From Microgenomates group bacterium GW2011_GWC1_46_15 (lineage in GTDB: Bacteria > Patescibacteriota > Microgenomatia > UBA1400 > UBA12028): a DNA stretch of 64,000 nucleotides. Both the position numbers and the translations under genes were made by a program. The stretch lies in the NCBI GenBank assembly GCA_001002285.1, contig LCLX01000004.1, positions 6,885 to 70,884 on the forward strand, written 5' to 3'. The notes under the pieces were generated by a model. It had not been told where the DNA came from. It worked only from the letters and a program-made list of their open reading frames with translations, and searched no databases. Shown here piece by piece: positions 43,998 to 53,531 of the stretch (position 1 is the first letter of the stretch; each line of letters begins with the position of its first letter).

Positions 43998-45422
43998 TTA
44001 TTTATCTTTCTTCAGCCACGAGTTCCAATATGTGTTCTGTTCAAATGCATAACCTGCGCGCAACACAAGCCCTTCATTCCACTGTGCCGAAACAATGTTT
44101 AATCCAAGGTACAGATTTGTTTTTTTATCATGCCCGCACGGCACGTTTATTCCCGGTAAGCCGGTAATAGAGCTCGGTTCCTCGAGCATATCTTCCAATT
44201 CACCGAACATAGGGTTATCTTTGCTTGCGCCAAGTTTAAGCGCGTACCCTGGCGATGTTGGGGAAATCAATACGTCATACCTTGAAAACAACTGCCGGAA
44301 ATTTTGGATATACAAACTACGAACTTGCTGAGCCTTCACATAGTATTTGTCCGCATATCCTTTGGATAGCGTAAATGTGCCGAGCATAATGCGACGCTTT
44401 GCCTCGTCGCCAAAATGAGTTCGGTCATGTCCGTATCGAATACCGTCATACCGCGCTAAGTTACTGCTGACTTCTCCGCGCTGAACAACGGTGTACACGC
44501 CGATTGCATAATCAGGGGTAAGAATGGTGTTGTCTTTGAGCGTTTGAGAAAGTGGAACGCGGTCTACTATTGCGCCAAGTGATTGCAGTACTTCAGCGGC
44601 TTGTTCAACTGCTTTTGCTGCCGGCGTTCCCACTAACTTTTCATGGTCAATGTACGCGATACCAACGCGTACACCCTTTACACCGGTTTTTAACATTTTT
44701 GTGAAATCCGGAACTTGCACAGGAGAAGTTGTCGCATCGTACTTGTCCTGCCCCGCAATCACGTTTAACAGTATTGCAGCATCCTCAACTGTTTTTGTAA
44801 TCGGCCCAGGGCAGTCTAATGACGAACCCATCGCAACAACACCAGCACGGCTTACGCGCCCGTACGTTGGCTTGAGGCCGACAACGCCACACCACGCCGA
44901 AGGCTGGCGGATGGAGCCGGCTGTTTCCGATCCAATTGCCGCGATGCACATGTCTGCCGCAACCGCCGCCGCACTCCCACCGCTTGAACCACCTGGCAAA
45001 TGCTCTGGGTTTCGCGGATTTTTTGTTGGGCCGTAATCAGATGTTTCTGTGCTTGACCCGTGCGCCCACGCATCCATGTTTGTTTTTCCAAAGATCACAC
45101 CACCGGCTTTTTTAAGTTTAGATGTAACGGTGGACTCGTATGGAGGCATAAATCCATCGAGTACTTTTGATGATGCAGTTGTTGGCAAGCCAACGGTCAA
45201 AAAGTTATCCTTTACTGCAATGGGAACACCGCGCAATAAAGATAATGTACCTTTTTCTGCTGATTTCTCTGCATATTTATCCTGCGCAAGATATATATTC
45301 AATGCTGAGTTTTTTGAGGATACCGCAGAGTTCACATCGGCATACAACGCATCCAACGTTATTTCGTTATTGTGTAGTTTCCGAATAGCATCCGTCAGTG
45401 TTAGTGTGTTGAGTGTACCCAT
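43998..45422 (-). CDS. gatA: Asp/Glu-tRNA amidotransferase subunit A
   Basis: [36 protein letters not shown]. Confidence 0.98.
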   Translation of the reverse strand: MGTLNTLTLTDAIRKLHNNEITLDALYADVNSAVSSKNSALNIYLAQDKYAEKSAEKGTLSLLRGVPIAVKDNFLTVGLPTTASSKVLDGFMPPYESTVTSKLKKAGGVIFGKTNMDAWAHGSSTETSDYGPTKNPRNPEHLPGGSSGGSAAAVAADMCIAAIGSETAGSIRQPSAWCGVVGLKPTYGRVSRAGVVAMGSSLDCPGPITKTVEDAAILLNVIAGQDKYDATTSPVQVPDFTKMLKTGVKGVRVGIAYIDHEKLVGTPAAKAVEQAAEVLQSLGAIVDRVPLSQTLKDNTILTPDYAIGVYTVVQRGEVSSNLARYDGIRYGHDRTHFGDEAKRRIMLGTFTLSKGYADKYYVKAQQVRSLYIQNFRQLFSRYDVLISPTSPGYALKLGASKDNPMFGELEDMLEEPSSITGLPGINVPCGHDKKTNLYLGLNIVSAQWNEGLVLRAGYAFEQNTYWNSWLKKDK

Positions 45423-45424
45423 TG

Positions 45425-45763
45425 TTATTCCTGATCTAAGATTTGTTCCACAACAATATATCCGTTGTGTGTATGCAGTGCATTCGCAAGCGCCTGCTCC
45501 TGCGTAAACATGCGATCGCGGTCTATACCATCATCGCGCAAGACATTTTGAAGCCCCGTCACCTGATGTGTTGGTTCAACAGTAGATGTATCAAGTTTTT
45601 TGAGTTGATCGACAACGCCTAATGTTGTGGTAAACCCGTCCGCCAGTTTTTTTTCTTCAGCACTCGTAATGGGAATGTTCGCAAGTTTGGCAATGTGCTG
45701 AACTACCGCTGTGCTCATCACGGAAGTTTTGGTGTGTACCGGTACAGAAGATGTTTTTTTCAT
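45425..45763 (-). CDS. gatC: Asp/Glu-tRNA amidotransferase subunit C
   Basis: V.HIAKLA, LDT..VEPT, LRDD, LANA. Confidence 0.92.
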   Translation of the reverse strand: MKKTSSVPVHTKTSVMSTAVVQHIAKLANIPITSAEEKKLADGFTTTLGVVDQLKKLDTSTVEPTHQVTGLQNVLRDDGIDRDRMFTQEQALANALHTHNGYIVVEQILDQE

Positions 45764-45857
45764 GTTTTCCTTATCATATAGCAAAAACTCAATCTTGACG
45801 ATTGGGCACAGTGTGTGGCATAAAGGAGAAATTGTTTCTGCCCTAGAAACGAGCTAT

Positions 45858-46187
45858 GTGGGAAGACGACAACACACTCAGTACGAATTTACGTGGCGAA
45901 CAAAGCGGGAAGCTTTACGTCTGGCAAGCAACCGATGTGAACTGTGCTACGAACCATTTACAAAACAAAGACCTTTTGAGGCACATCACAGGATACCCCT
46001 TACACTCATGCGTTATCTTCCGGAATATTGTTATGAATATATTAATTCGCTAGCGAACTGCGAAATACTTTGTCATGACTGTCATCAAATTAAGGATAGG
46101 AAGGTATTAAGGTTGAGCGCACGTGAAACTATTTTTCTCGCACAAACAGTGTTCGCAACAATCGGAGTAGGTATTTATGTTGACTAG
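45858..46187 (+). CDS. HNH endonuclease
   Basis: CELC...HHRIP...N...N...LCHDCH; start uncertain (GTG at 45858 chosen). Confidence 0.8.
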   Translation: MGRRQHTQYEFTWRTKREALRLASNRCELCYEPFTKQRPFEAHHRIPLTLMRYLPEYCYEYINSLANCEILCHDCHQIKDRKVLRLSARETIFLAQTVFATIGVGIYVD

Positions 46188-46199
46188 TCGAAAAAAATC

Positions 46200-47111
46200 T
46201 TAAGTTTCTCCGCGTAACGCCTTAATGCGTTCTGCGATCGGTGGGTGGGTGTTAAACATATTCGCGAACCATCCCACCGCGGACTCCTGGTTTTTTAATG
46301 GATTGGTAATGTATAAATGTGCTGTTGCTTTATTCGCTGCCTCTAACGGTTCGGTATCTTTATTCAGCTTTTGTAATGCGCTAATCAACCCATTTGGATA
46401 TTTGGTAAGTGCTGTGCCAGAAGCGTCCGCCAAAAACTCCCTCCGTCTCGAGATTGCCAACTGGATAAGCTGGGCAATCAACGGAGAAAGCATGGCCAGC
46501 ACGATTCCAATGACGAAAAATACGGTCTGGAGCTGACCGCCATTATCGTTATTGCGATTTTTTCCTCCACCCCAGTACGACATGCGTAAAAACCAGTCTG
46601 CTAAAAGTGCGATAAGTCCAACCAAAACCGATACAATAGACATGAGACGAATATCGTAGTTGCGGATATGTGAAAGTTCGTGCGCAATCACACCTTCCAG
46701 TTCCGTCCGATTCATCCGGTTCAACAGCCCCGTTGTGGCGCAAATGACTGCGTGCTGGGGATCGCGCCCCGTTGCAAACGCGTTCATCGCGGTATCCTCA
46801 ATCACATACAATCTTGGTTTTGGAAGGCGGGCGGCCATCGCAAGGTTTTCGGTAACGGTATAGAACTTAAAATCTTTTTTGCGTGAAGCTGGGCGCGCAC
46901 CGGAAAGGCCTAAAATAATGGAGTCGGACGTGTAGTAACTCAAAAAACTGCCGATGCCGGAAAAAATCAGCGCAAACCCAACCATGTCTAATCCATATCC
47001 CATCCCTCGGGCGAACACGTACACCACCCCGGTAATGAACACGACAAACGCCACCATAATAAAGGCGCTCATTCGCTTGTTTCTGGAAACATTCTCGTAC
47101 ATGTTCACCAT
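46200..47111 (-). CDS. htpX: Zinc metalloprotease HtpX (M48)
   Basis: NAFATG, GVIAHELSH, SRRREFLADA, THPP..ERI. Confidence 0.93.
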   Translation of the reverse strand: MVNMYENVSRNKRMSAFIMVAFVVFITGVVYVFARGMGYGLDMVGFALIFSGIGSFLSYYTSDSIILGLSGARPASRKKDFKFYTVTENLAMAARLPKPRLYVIEDTAMNAFATGRDPQHAVICATTGLLNRMNRTELEGVIAHELSHIRNYDIRLMSIVSVLVGLIALLADWFLRMSYWGGGKNRNNDNGGQLQTVFFVIGIVLAMLSPLIAQLIQLAISRRREFLADASGTALTKYPNGLISALQKLNKDTEPLEAANKATAHLYITNPLKNQESAVGWFANMFNTHPPIAERIKALRGET

Positions 47112-47133
47112 ATAAACATGGGGCTCGATAAAA

Positions 47134-47721
47134 TTAGAGTGAAACCTTTGTGTCTTTCATTTCGTCATCCGAAACTTCAAGATGTGAGCCAGACATCGGT
47201 GTTTCAATACCTTTTTCTGACTTGAACCCAAACAGATTTGCTACGAGTGAACTCGGGAACGTCATAAGCTTCATGTTATAGTCCTGCGTGAGATCAATAA
47301 CGGTTCTCCTGCTGTACATGAGTTTGTCTGCTGTATCCCGCAGTTCATCCATAAACGACGCAACCGTTTCGTTTGCCTTAAGTTGCGGATTGCTTTCCAC
47401 AACAATCTGAATTTTTGGAAGCATGTCTTGAATTGCCCGCGCAGCTTTTTCTGCAGAAGCAGCAGAGCCGGACTTTGTAGCCGCTGCAACTTGCTGTCGT
47501 GCCTTAGTGAGCATTTCAAAAATACCTTTTTCGTGTTTGAGATATCCTTTTACCGAAGCTTCAAGATTTGGGATAAGGCTGGTCTGCCTCTTGAGTTGAT
47601 TGCCGATTTCCTGAATTGCCGCGGTAATCTGCGTTTTGAGCACCTGAAGTGCGTTATACACCCCGATGATATAGAGCAAAACGATAGCTCCGACGATGAT
47701 AAGCACTGTTGAAATATTCAT
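47134..47721 (-). CDS. lemA: LemA family protein
   Basis: N-terminal TM, QLKR..LIPNL, HE, P.LKA, FPS; upstream of htpX; SD AAGGAGG. Confidence 0.9.
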   Translation of the reverse strand: MNISTVLIIVGAIVLLYIIGVYNALQVLKTQITAAIQEIGNQLKRQTSLIPNLEASVKGYLKHEKGIFEMLTKARQQVAAATKSGSAASAEKAARAIQDMLPKIQIVVESNPQLKANETVASFMDELRDTADKLMYSRRTVIDLTQDYNMKLMTFPSSLVANLFGFKSEKGIETPMSGSHLEVSDDEMKDTKVSL

Positions 47722-47807
47722 GCGGCCTCCTTATGTAGAATACTTTCAATAGTATCACTTCATAGAGCTTTCTGCAAAAGATCAATAGAAAATACTATAA
47801 TGGTCCT

Positions 47808-48818
47808 ATGTCAAAATCTTTTCCTTTCATCGAAGTTTCTGGAACATATAAAGATGTTGGGAATGCTATTGGCACCACATTCAGCAATAGTATCAAACAG
47901 AAAATTGAACACAGAAGAAAATCTATTTCACATTACGAAAATTATTTACGACAAACAAAGCCCTATTATGACGTTACCAAACAGTATTTCCCCCATCTCA
48001 TTGAAGAAATGGAAGCGATCGCTTTTTCTGCGAGTGTATCAAAGGAAGAATATTTCTTTATCAATAATCGAGAAGTCTATGACGTGTCCGAAGATCAGGA
48101 TAAGCGACACGCAGTAAACACAGACCATTGCACAATTGCAGTTAGTTTTGGAAGAAATGGGGCGGTAGTTGGTCATAACGAAGATTGGTCTTTGGACGCT
48201 ATGGATGAGCTATATGTCATGAAAGCGACCATTGGAAAAACCACATGTTTAGGTTTGCATTACGCAACTGCTGTTCCGGGAGTTTCTGCCGCATGTAATA
48301 ATTGGGGCTTAGTTCAGTGTATTAACGATCTTTATCAAACAAATCAAGTCGGTGTGCCAAAAAACTTTTTGGCCAGAGCAGTTTTAGAATGTACGTCTTT
48401 AGATGAGGCTGAACATATCATACGTAAAACTCCAAAGGCTTCAGGTTTTAATCATGTCTTAGTTCAGAATCAAGAAGTTAGAAATGTTGAAATTGCCGGA
48501 AGCAAAATAGCGGTCAATCGAGTTGTTGGCGATCCGTACGTCCACACAAATCATTATCTGTCTTCAGAAATGAAGGAGTTGGAAAAGTTTCATACGAAAA
48601 GTTCTGAGGCTCGATACAAAAGGACGAATGAACTTGTTGAAAATGGTATGACAAAAGGGGATATGGCTTTGTTGCTTTCTGATACCCAAAATCAGGAATT
48701 TCCCATTTGTAGATCAAATGAAACGATTGGTTCTTTGGTCTTGCTTCCTCAAAAACAAGAGGTCTGGATGTGTTATGGTCATCCCTGTGCCGGAGAGTAC
48801 ACAAAATACTTGCTATAA
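47808..48818 (+). CDS. C45 family Ntn-hydrolase (autoproteolytic acyltransferase/peptidase)
   Basis: HCT nucleophile, GHNEDW, N..GL, HTNHY, S..RY, G.PC. Confidence 0.8.
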   Translation: MSKSFPFIEVSGTYKDVGNAIGTTFSNSIKQKIEHRRKSISHYENYLRQTKPYYDVTKQYFPHLIEEMEAIAFSASVSKEEYFFINNREVYDVSEDQDKRHAVNTDHCTIAVSFGRNGAVVGHNEDWSLDAMDELYVMKATIGKTTCLGLHYATAVPGVSAACNNWGLVQCINDLYQTNQVGVPKNFLARAVLECTSLDEAEHIIRKTPKASGFNHVLVQNQEVRNVEIAGSKIAVNRVVGDPYVHTNHYLSSEMKELEKFHTKSSEARYKRTNELVENGMTKGDMALLLSDTQNQEFPICRSNETIGSLVLLPQKQEVWMCYGHPCAGEYTKYLL

Positions 48819-48869
48819 GTACATCTCATTGACTCATCAATATATTGTGATATACAATACGACGCACGT

Positions 48870-49181
48870 ATGGCAATGCCAGAAACAGGACCCACCACAG
48901 AAGAGCTTGTTTTAAAACTGGGCACACGATTTGATGTACGAACTGCGGAAGAAGTTGCTTGTTTAAAACCAGATCCTGGATATTCCTACTTTATCGTATA
49001 TGAACAAAAGGGGGCACATTACCATGAGCTTGTGGTTTTGGATGGGAGCTTACGCAGGGCCACAACGTGGTATGGCGTTATGGAAAAATGTAGGCAGTTA
49101 AGGATTACTGGGGTTTTTAAAATTTCAACAAGCGATCTTAGAGCCGCTCTTCCTCCAAGAAACTTGCATGAGAGCGTGTAG
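48870..49181 (+). CDS. Orphan hypothetical protein
   Basis: TTGACT-N18-TACAAT promoter upstream. Confidence 0.6.
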   Translation: MAMPETGPTTEELVLKLGTRFDVRTAEEVACLKPDPGYSYFIVYEQKGAHYHELVVLDGSLRRATTWYGVMEKCRQLRITGVFKISTSDLRAALPPRNLHESV

Positions 49182-49251
49182 TGATACGTAGTTGTTTTAA
49201 TGTTTTTCCCTTGCCCCCGCTTCTTCCTCTTGGTACAATACGTCTGAATCT

Positions 49252-49327
49252 GGGCCCGTGGTGTAGTGGTTAACATGTCTCCCTGTCACGGAGAAGATCG
49301 TCGGTTCGAATCCGATCGGGCTCGCCA
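49252..49327 (+). tRNA. tRNA-Asp(GTC)
   Basis: TCTCC-CTGTCAC-GGAGA, GGTTCGAATCC, encoded CCA; promoter TTGCCC-N17-TACAAT. Confidence 0.96.
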
Positions 49328-49343
49328 AGTGAACGAAGTGAAC

Positions 49344-49979
49344 ATGGCGAGTACCCTTGAGTTACTCGCGAATATTATGAAAAAGCAAAAAATCGAAGAG
49401 CAAGAACACTCCATCCGACGCATGCTTGTGCGCATTCGGTCAAACGAAACCCTCATGAGCGCCATTTTGGGCAGCCTGTTCTTTGTCATGTTGGCGCTTG
49501 TTTTGTCTGGTTTGTCGCGAAGTATCGGTGCACAACTCCATGATTTTTATTCAAAAAGCATTCTCGAAAAGTTTCAACCGGAAGTATTGAAATCTTTACC
49601 GACAACAGTCCGGCTCAATGCGTTGCCCCTGCGGTACATCGTCCAAAAAGGCGACTCAACATGGAAAATTGCCGAAGCATTTTATGGTTCCCCGTATAAC
49701 TACATTGATGTTGAAAAAGAAAATAATCTTGTCCCCGATCAGCAGTTGATTGAGGGAACTGTCCTGATGATTCCAAAGGCGGCAGTGCGGCCTCAACCAG
49801 TTGGGGATAAAAATCAGCTCAAAACCTACCGGACGACAGCAAGCGATACGTTGTGGAAACTTGCCCAACGTTTTTACAACAACGGATACGCTTGGACGAA
49901 AATTTATGATGCAAATAAAAAGATGATTAAAAATCCGAACGTTCTGGAGACAGGGACACTCCTCGTGATTCCGCAATAG
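49344..49979 (+). CDS. Membrane-anchored protein with two LysM domains
   Basis: TM segment, then YIVQKGDSTWKIA..FYG and DTLWKLA.RFY...W.KIY.AN. Confidence 0.9.
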   Translation: MASTLELLANIMKKQKIEEQEHSIRRMLVRIRSNETLMSAILGSLFFVMLALVLSGLSRSIGAQLHDFYSKSILEKFQPEVLKSLPTTVRLNALPLRYIVQKGDSTWKIAEAFYGSPYNYIDVEKENNLVPDQQLIEGTVLMIPKAAVRPQPVGDKNQLKTYRTTASDTLWKLAQRFYNNGYAWTKIYDANKKMIKNPNVLETGTLLVIPQ

Positions 49980-50026
49980 AGTTGGTATGATATGCCTGTG
50001 CGACAAAGGTATGCTGGAAGAAACGC

Positions 50027-50097
50027 GCGGGTGTGGTTCAATGGCAGAATGATTCCTTCCCAAGGAATAGACGGGGGTTCGATTCCCCTCACCCGCT
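50027..50097 (+). tRNA. tRNA-Gly(CCC)
   Basis: GCGGGTG acceptor, ATTCC-TTCCCAA-GGAAT, GGTTCGATTCC. Confidence 0.95.
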
Positions 50098-50111
50098 CAA
50101 AATGCATGCAT

Positions 50112-51341
50112 CTACACAATCTCAAACGACGGAAGCGGAAAGATAAAATGCCCGCCCGAGTTTAAATATTTTTTTTCGCGTTTCAGAAACTCATCCTTGA
50201 AAAACCAAGGAAGAACGAGCATGTAGTCAGGTTGTTTCTTTCGGGCTTGTTCTTCAGAAATAATAGGAATATTTAACGAAGCGATTCTCTTTCCCCATTT
50301 TTCGGGGTTTCGCTCAACGGCTGCGATAAATAACGTATTGTTGAGTCCGAAATATTGAAGAAGTGTGTTTCCGCGGGTTGACGCGCCGTACACAAAAACA
50401 GTTTTCCCCTTTTTTACCACACGCTGAATAAACGCTTTCAGCTTCTTTTTGTTTTTCTTCACTTGTTTTGCAAACACATCGTATGGTTTTTTTGTGTTGA
50501 GTTTTAGTTTATCTTCCTGTTGTAATAAGCGTTTAACCGAGTTATTGATTTTTCTTTTTCCCATACACGCAATATATGTCCTAAAACTTCCCCCATTCAT
50601 TGGACTTTTTTCAACGTGGAAAACTTCCAAATGATGTCTCGCCAAAAGATGATGAAGAGAATGAAGCGAGTAATATTCGAGGTGTTCGTGCACAATGTTG
50701 TCAAATGCGTGAAGTTCCAGCATTGATTTTAAGTAGTTTTGTTGGATAACAAACACACCATTTTCATCGAGAATCTTGGTAATGTCGGAGAGAAACGTGT
50801 TGGGATCATCCATGTCGTAGAAACAGGAAATAGCGGTAATAATGTTCGCTTTTTTCTTCCCCAAAGATTTTTTATATGCCCTGTAGGTAAAAAAATCATT
50901 GATAACAATATTAGCGTGGCGTTTTGCCTCTTTAGAGAGCTTTTTAATAGGTTCTATAGCAACCCGCGTTACCGATGATGGATAGTTTTGCAACAACGTT
51001 CCATCGTTTGCTCCAATATCAACCGCAAGAATTTTTCCTTTTTTCTTCTTCAGTGCTTTTAGTGCTTTCTGAACAATGTCTTTGAGTTCCATCTGCATCG
51101 TTTTATTAACGCCAGACTTGTACCCATAGTTATCGGTGTACAGCACCGACGGCGGTGTTGTGTGTTTAAGTTGTACAAGATGACAGTTTGAGCACAAAAC
51201 AAGGGTGAGTGGGTATGCCGCTGGTTTTCTTGCCGTAGTATGGAACTCCGATAAATAAATGTTCCCCAACGACAAAATCGTTGATAATGTTTTTCCACCG
51301 CATGAACGGCACATTTTTTGTATTGTCGCGGGTCGAGTCAT
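50112..51341 (-). CDS. NDP-hexose C-methyltransferase-like class I SAM methyltransferase
   Basis: Zn-binding CRSCG and C..C.LVQL, DIGANDG, FD...HEH..YYS, GGS.R, YGAS.RG.TL, PDY.LVLPW.F. Confidence 0.85.
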   Translation of the reverse strand: MTRPATIQKMCRSCGGKTLSTILSLGNIYLSEFHTTARKPAAYPLTLVLCSNCHLVQLKHTTPPSVLYTDNYGYKSGVNKTMQMELKDIVQKALKALKKKKGKILAVDIGANDGTLLQNYPSSVTRVAIEPIKKLSKEAKRHANIVINDFFTYRAYKKSLGKKKANIITAISCFYDMDDPNTFLSDITKILDENGVFVIQQNYLKSMLELHAFDNIVHEHLEYYSLHSLHHLLARHHLEVFHVEKSPMNGGSFRTYIACMGKRKINNSVKRLLQQEDKLKLNTKKPYDVFAKQVKKNKKKLKAFIQRVVKKGKTVFVYGASTRGNTLLQYFGLNNTLFIAAVERNPEKWGKRIASLNIPIISEEQARKKQPDYMLVLPWFFKDEFLKREKKYLNSGGHFIFPLPSFEIV

Positions 51342-51400
51342 TTGATGTATCAATTCTTTTCTAATAATGATCGGGCAAAAGTCATGATATCATACTTGGT

Positions 51401-52507
51401 ATGAAGATCGCTGTTTTCTATCATTTACGCTTTGGAGGAGCAAAACGTGTCGTTCAGGAACATGTAAAAGGACTGCGCGCGCTGGGTCACACTATTGATT
51501 TGTACTCAACCGAAAAAGAAGATGACATGTTTGATCCCGGCCTCTTTGCACACCACGAATATATATATCCTTTCTCGTTATCTCAAGGCACCATTCCTTT
51601 TTTTGGCAGAATGCAAAAAGATTTTGATGTGTTTTATCGTTTGCCCCTCCTTCATAAAAAAATTAGTCAGGATATTGATACACGCAGATATGATGTTGTG
51701 CTTGTCCACACCGATAGCTTCACGCAAGCGCCATTTCTTTTGCGGTATTTAAAAACAAACAACGTGTATTTTTGCCTGGAACCGCTCCGCATCGTCTATG
51801 AGTATTCATTGCGGCCGCCTGCCAATTTGGGGATTATAAATAGGTTGTATGAATACGTAACACGCTTTATACGAAAACGTATTGATCGAGAAAATGCACG
51901 AAGTGCGAAACACACGTTTGCAATCAGTCTTTTTGGGCGTGAGTACATGATCCACAGTTTTGACCTCTATCCAAAAATTTCGTATTTGGGTGTTGATGAA
52001 AAAGTATTTACTCCAATGAACGTAAAGAAGAAAAGACAAGTATTGTTTGTCGCTGAAAAAGAATATATTTACGGATACGATCTTATCCAAAAAGCAATGG
52101 CGCGTATTCCTAAACATAAACGGCCCCGCCTCGTTTTTGTGTTTGGAACAAAAAATGATCGGCGCATAACCGAAAAAGAATTGGTGAAGACGTACAACGA
52201 ATCAGTCGTTGTAGTGTCCTTAAGCCGGTATGATACCTTTGGCCTTGTTCCTTTGGAGGCAATGGCATGTGCCGTTCCTGTGATTGCGCTCAACGTTGCA
52301 GGCTATCGGGAAACCATGCTTTCCGGGCGCACGGGATTTTTAGTGGATTTTGATCCTCAAGAAATTGCGGATAGGATCATGTACCTGTTAGATAACCCCA
52401 AAATAGCCCACCAAATGGGTCAAAATGGCAGAACATGGGTTGAAAAGATTTGGACGTGGAAAAAACAGATCAAACATTTAGAGAAACTCCTGCTGGAAAC
52501 TGTATAA
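51401..52507 (+). CDS. Glycosyltransferase family 4
   Basis: GGA.R, DTFGLVPLEAMAC.VPVI, TGFLV. Confidence 0.9.
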   Translation: MKIAVFYHLRFGGAKRVVQEHVKGLRALGHTIDLYSTEKEDDMFDPGLFAHHEYIYPFSLSQGTIPFFGRMQKDFDVFYRLPLLHKKISQDIDTRRYDVVLVHTDSFTQAPFLLRYLKTNNVYFCLEPLRIVYEYSLRPPANLGIINRLYEYVTRFIRKRIDRENARSAKHTFAISLFGREYMIHSFDLYPKISYLGVDEKVFTPMNVKKKRQVLFVAEKEYIYGYDLIQKAMARIPKHKRPRLVFVFGTKNDRRITEKELVKTYNESVVVVSLSRYDTFGLVPLEAMACAVPVIALNVAGYRETMLSGRTGFLVDFDPQEIADRIMYLLDNPKIAHQMGQNGRTWVEKIWTWKKQIKHLEKLLLETV

Positions 52508-52520
52508 TAGGAAGGCTTAT

Positions 52521-52721
52521 ATGATGAATGAAACAGCGCTTAGTTCACTCTCAACAATGACGCGTGAAAGGCTTGTTGCTGTGGTGGGGAAAAAGGGCCC
52601 CTTTTCGTCTATCGCAGAACGCATTGTAGAGCTTATTGATGGAGGAATGGACACGGGAAAAGCTGCGGAACAGGCAATCCGTGAGCAGTCCGATAGGGAC
52701 GCCGAAGCCCCCCTAGCTTAG
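52521..52721 (+). CDS. Small orphan hypothetical protein overlapping the tRNA-Thr 5' end
   Basis: TATAAT upstream; the stop codon lies inside the tRNA. Confidence 0.45.
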   Translation: MMNETALSSLSTMTRERLVAVVGKKGPFSSIAERIVELIDGGMDTGKAAEQAIREQSDRDAEAPLA

Positions 52722-52777
52722 TGGTAAAGCAGCGGTATCGTAAACCGCGGACGACAGTTCGATTCTGTCGGGGGGCT
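52707..52777 (+). tRNA. tRNA-Thr(CGT)
   Basis: GCCCCCC/GGGGGGC acceptor, GCGGT-ATCGTAA-ACCGC, AGTTCGATTCT. Confidence 0.93.
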
Positions 52778-52817
52778 CACGAAACATTACCCGTTGGAGT
52801 AGAATAAAAGCAGATCT

Positions 52818-53528
52818 ATGGCATACGACGCGAGCAGAATATCCCGATATCAACAAAAAAAGATGATGTGGCAGACACTTGTCTTTTTCCTTCTTTCAGT
52901 CGCATTGTTATCGGTGTTCTTTTTTCTCCTTCTCCCTTCGATCGCACGCCTGTACACCGCGTTTTCACCAAAATCTTCCATAACCACGACAAACGATGCG
53001 TTTCCCCCACAGGTTCCAATCGTTGTTCCTCTTCCGGAGGCAACGAACAGTGCGAAACTTGTTGTTGGGGGCATTGGTGAAGCCAATACCTCTATGGTAT
53101 TACAAAACAATGGGTCTGTTGTGCAAGAGGTACGTGCGAGCGCAGACGGTTCGTTTGCATTTGAGCCCATCTTTCTCACCGATGGAAACAATGACATTCT
53201 TGTTGTTTCCCGCAACGATCAAAAAGCCGAGTCGCGTTCGCAAACCCAAACCGTCCTCTTGAAAACAACCAAACCTCAACTATCTGTTACTGCCCCGCAG
53301 GATGGTGCGGTGTTTACCCGAACTAAGGATCAGACCGTTTCTGTCCAAGGAAAAACAGATCCAAATGTTCAGACATTACTCAATGGAAAGCTTTTAATTA
53401 CAACATCGGATGGAAGTTTTGTTGGAACATACTTGTTGGGCCAAGGTGAAAATACACTAAAAATTCAAGCCATTGATCAAGCAGGTAACATGACCGAACA
53501 AGAAGTTAAAGTCACGTATCAACCGTAA
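52818..53528 (+). CDS. Membrane-anchored protein with two Ig-like domains
   Basis: TM then beta repeats: G.F....L..G.N.I, P.L.V..P.DG, A.D.AGN. Confidence 0.75.
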   Translation: MAYDASRISRYQQKKMMWQTLVFFLLSVALLSVFFFLLLPSIARLYTAFSPKSSITTTNDAFPPQVPIVVPLPEATNSAKLVVGGIGEANTSMVLQNNGSVVQEVRASADGSFAFEPIFLTDGNNDILVVSRNDQKAESRSQTQTVLLKTTKPQLSVTAPQDGAVFTRTKDQTVSVQGKTDPNVQTLLNGKLLITTSDGSFVGTYLLGQGENTLKIQAIDQAGNMTEQEVKVTYQP

Positions 53529-53531
53529 TGG

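Noticed and set aside
41898-48871. Shared 11-mer GACGCACGTAT just after the -10 of two orphans (41898 and 48861)
   Set aside because: Repeated 11-mers are expected by chance in 64 kb; two instances are insufficient
49266-49343. N-terminal extension of the LysM protein
   Set aside because: It is largely the tRNA-Asp sequence
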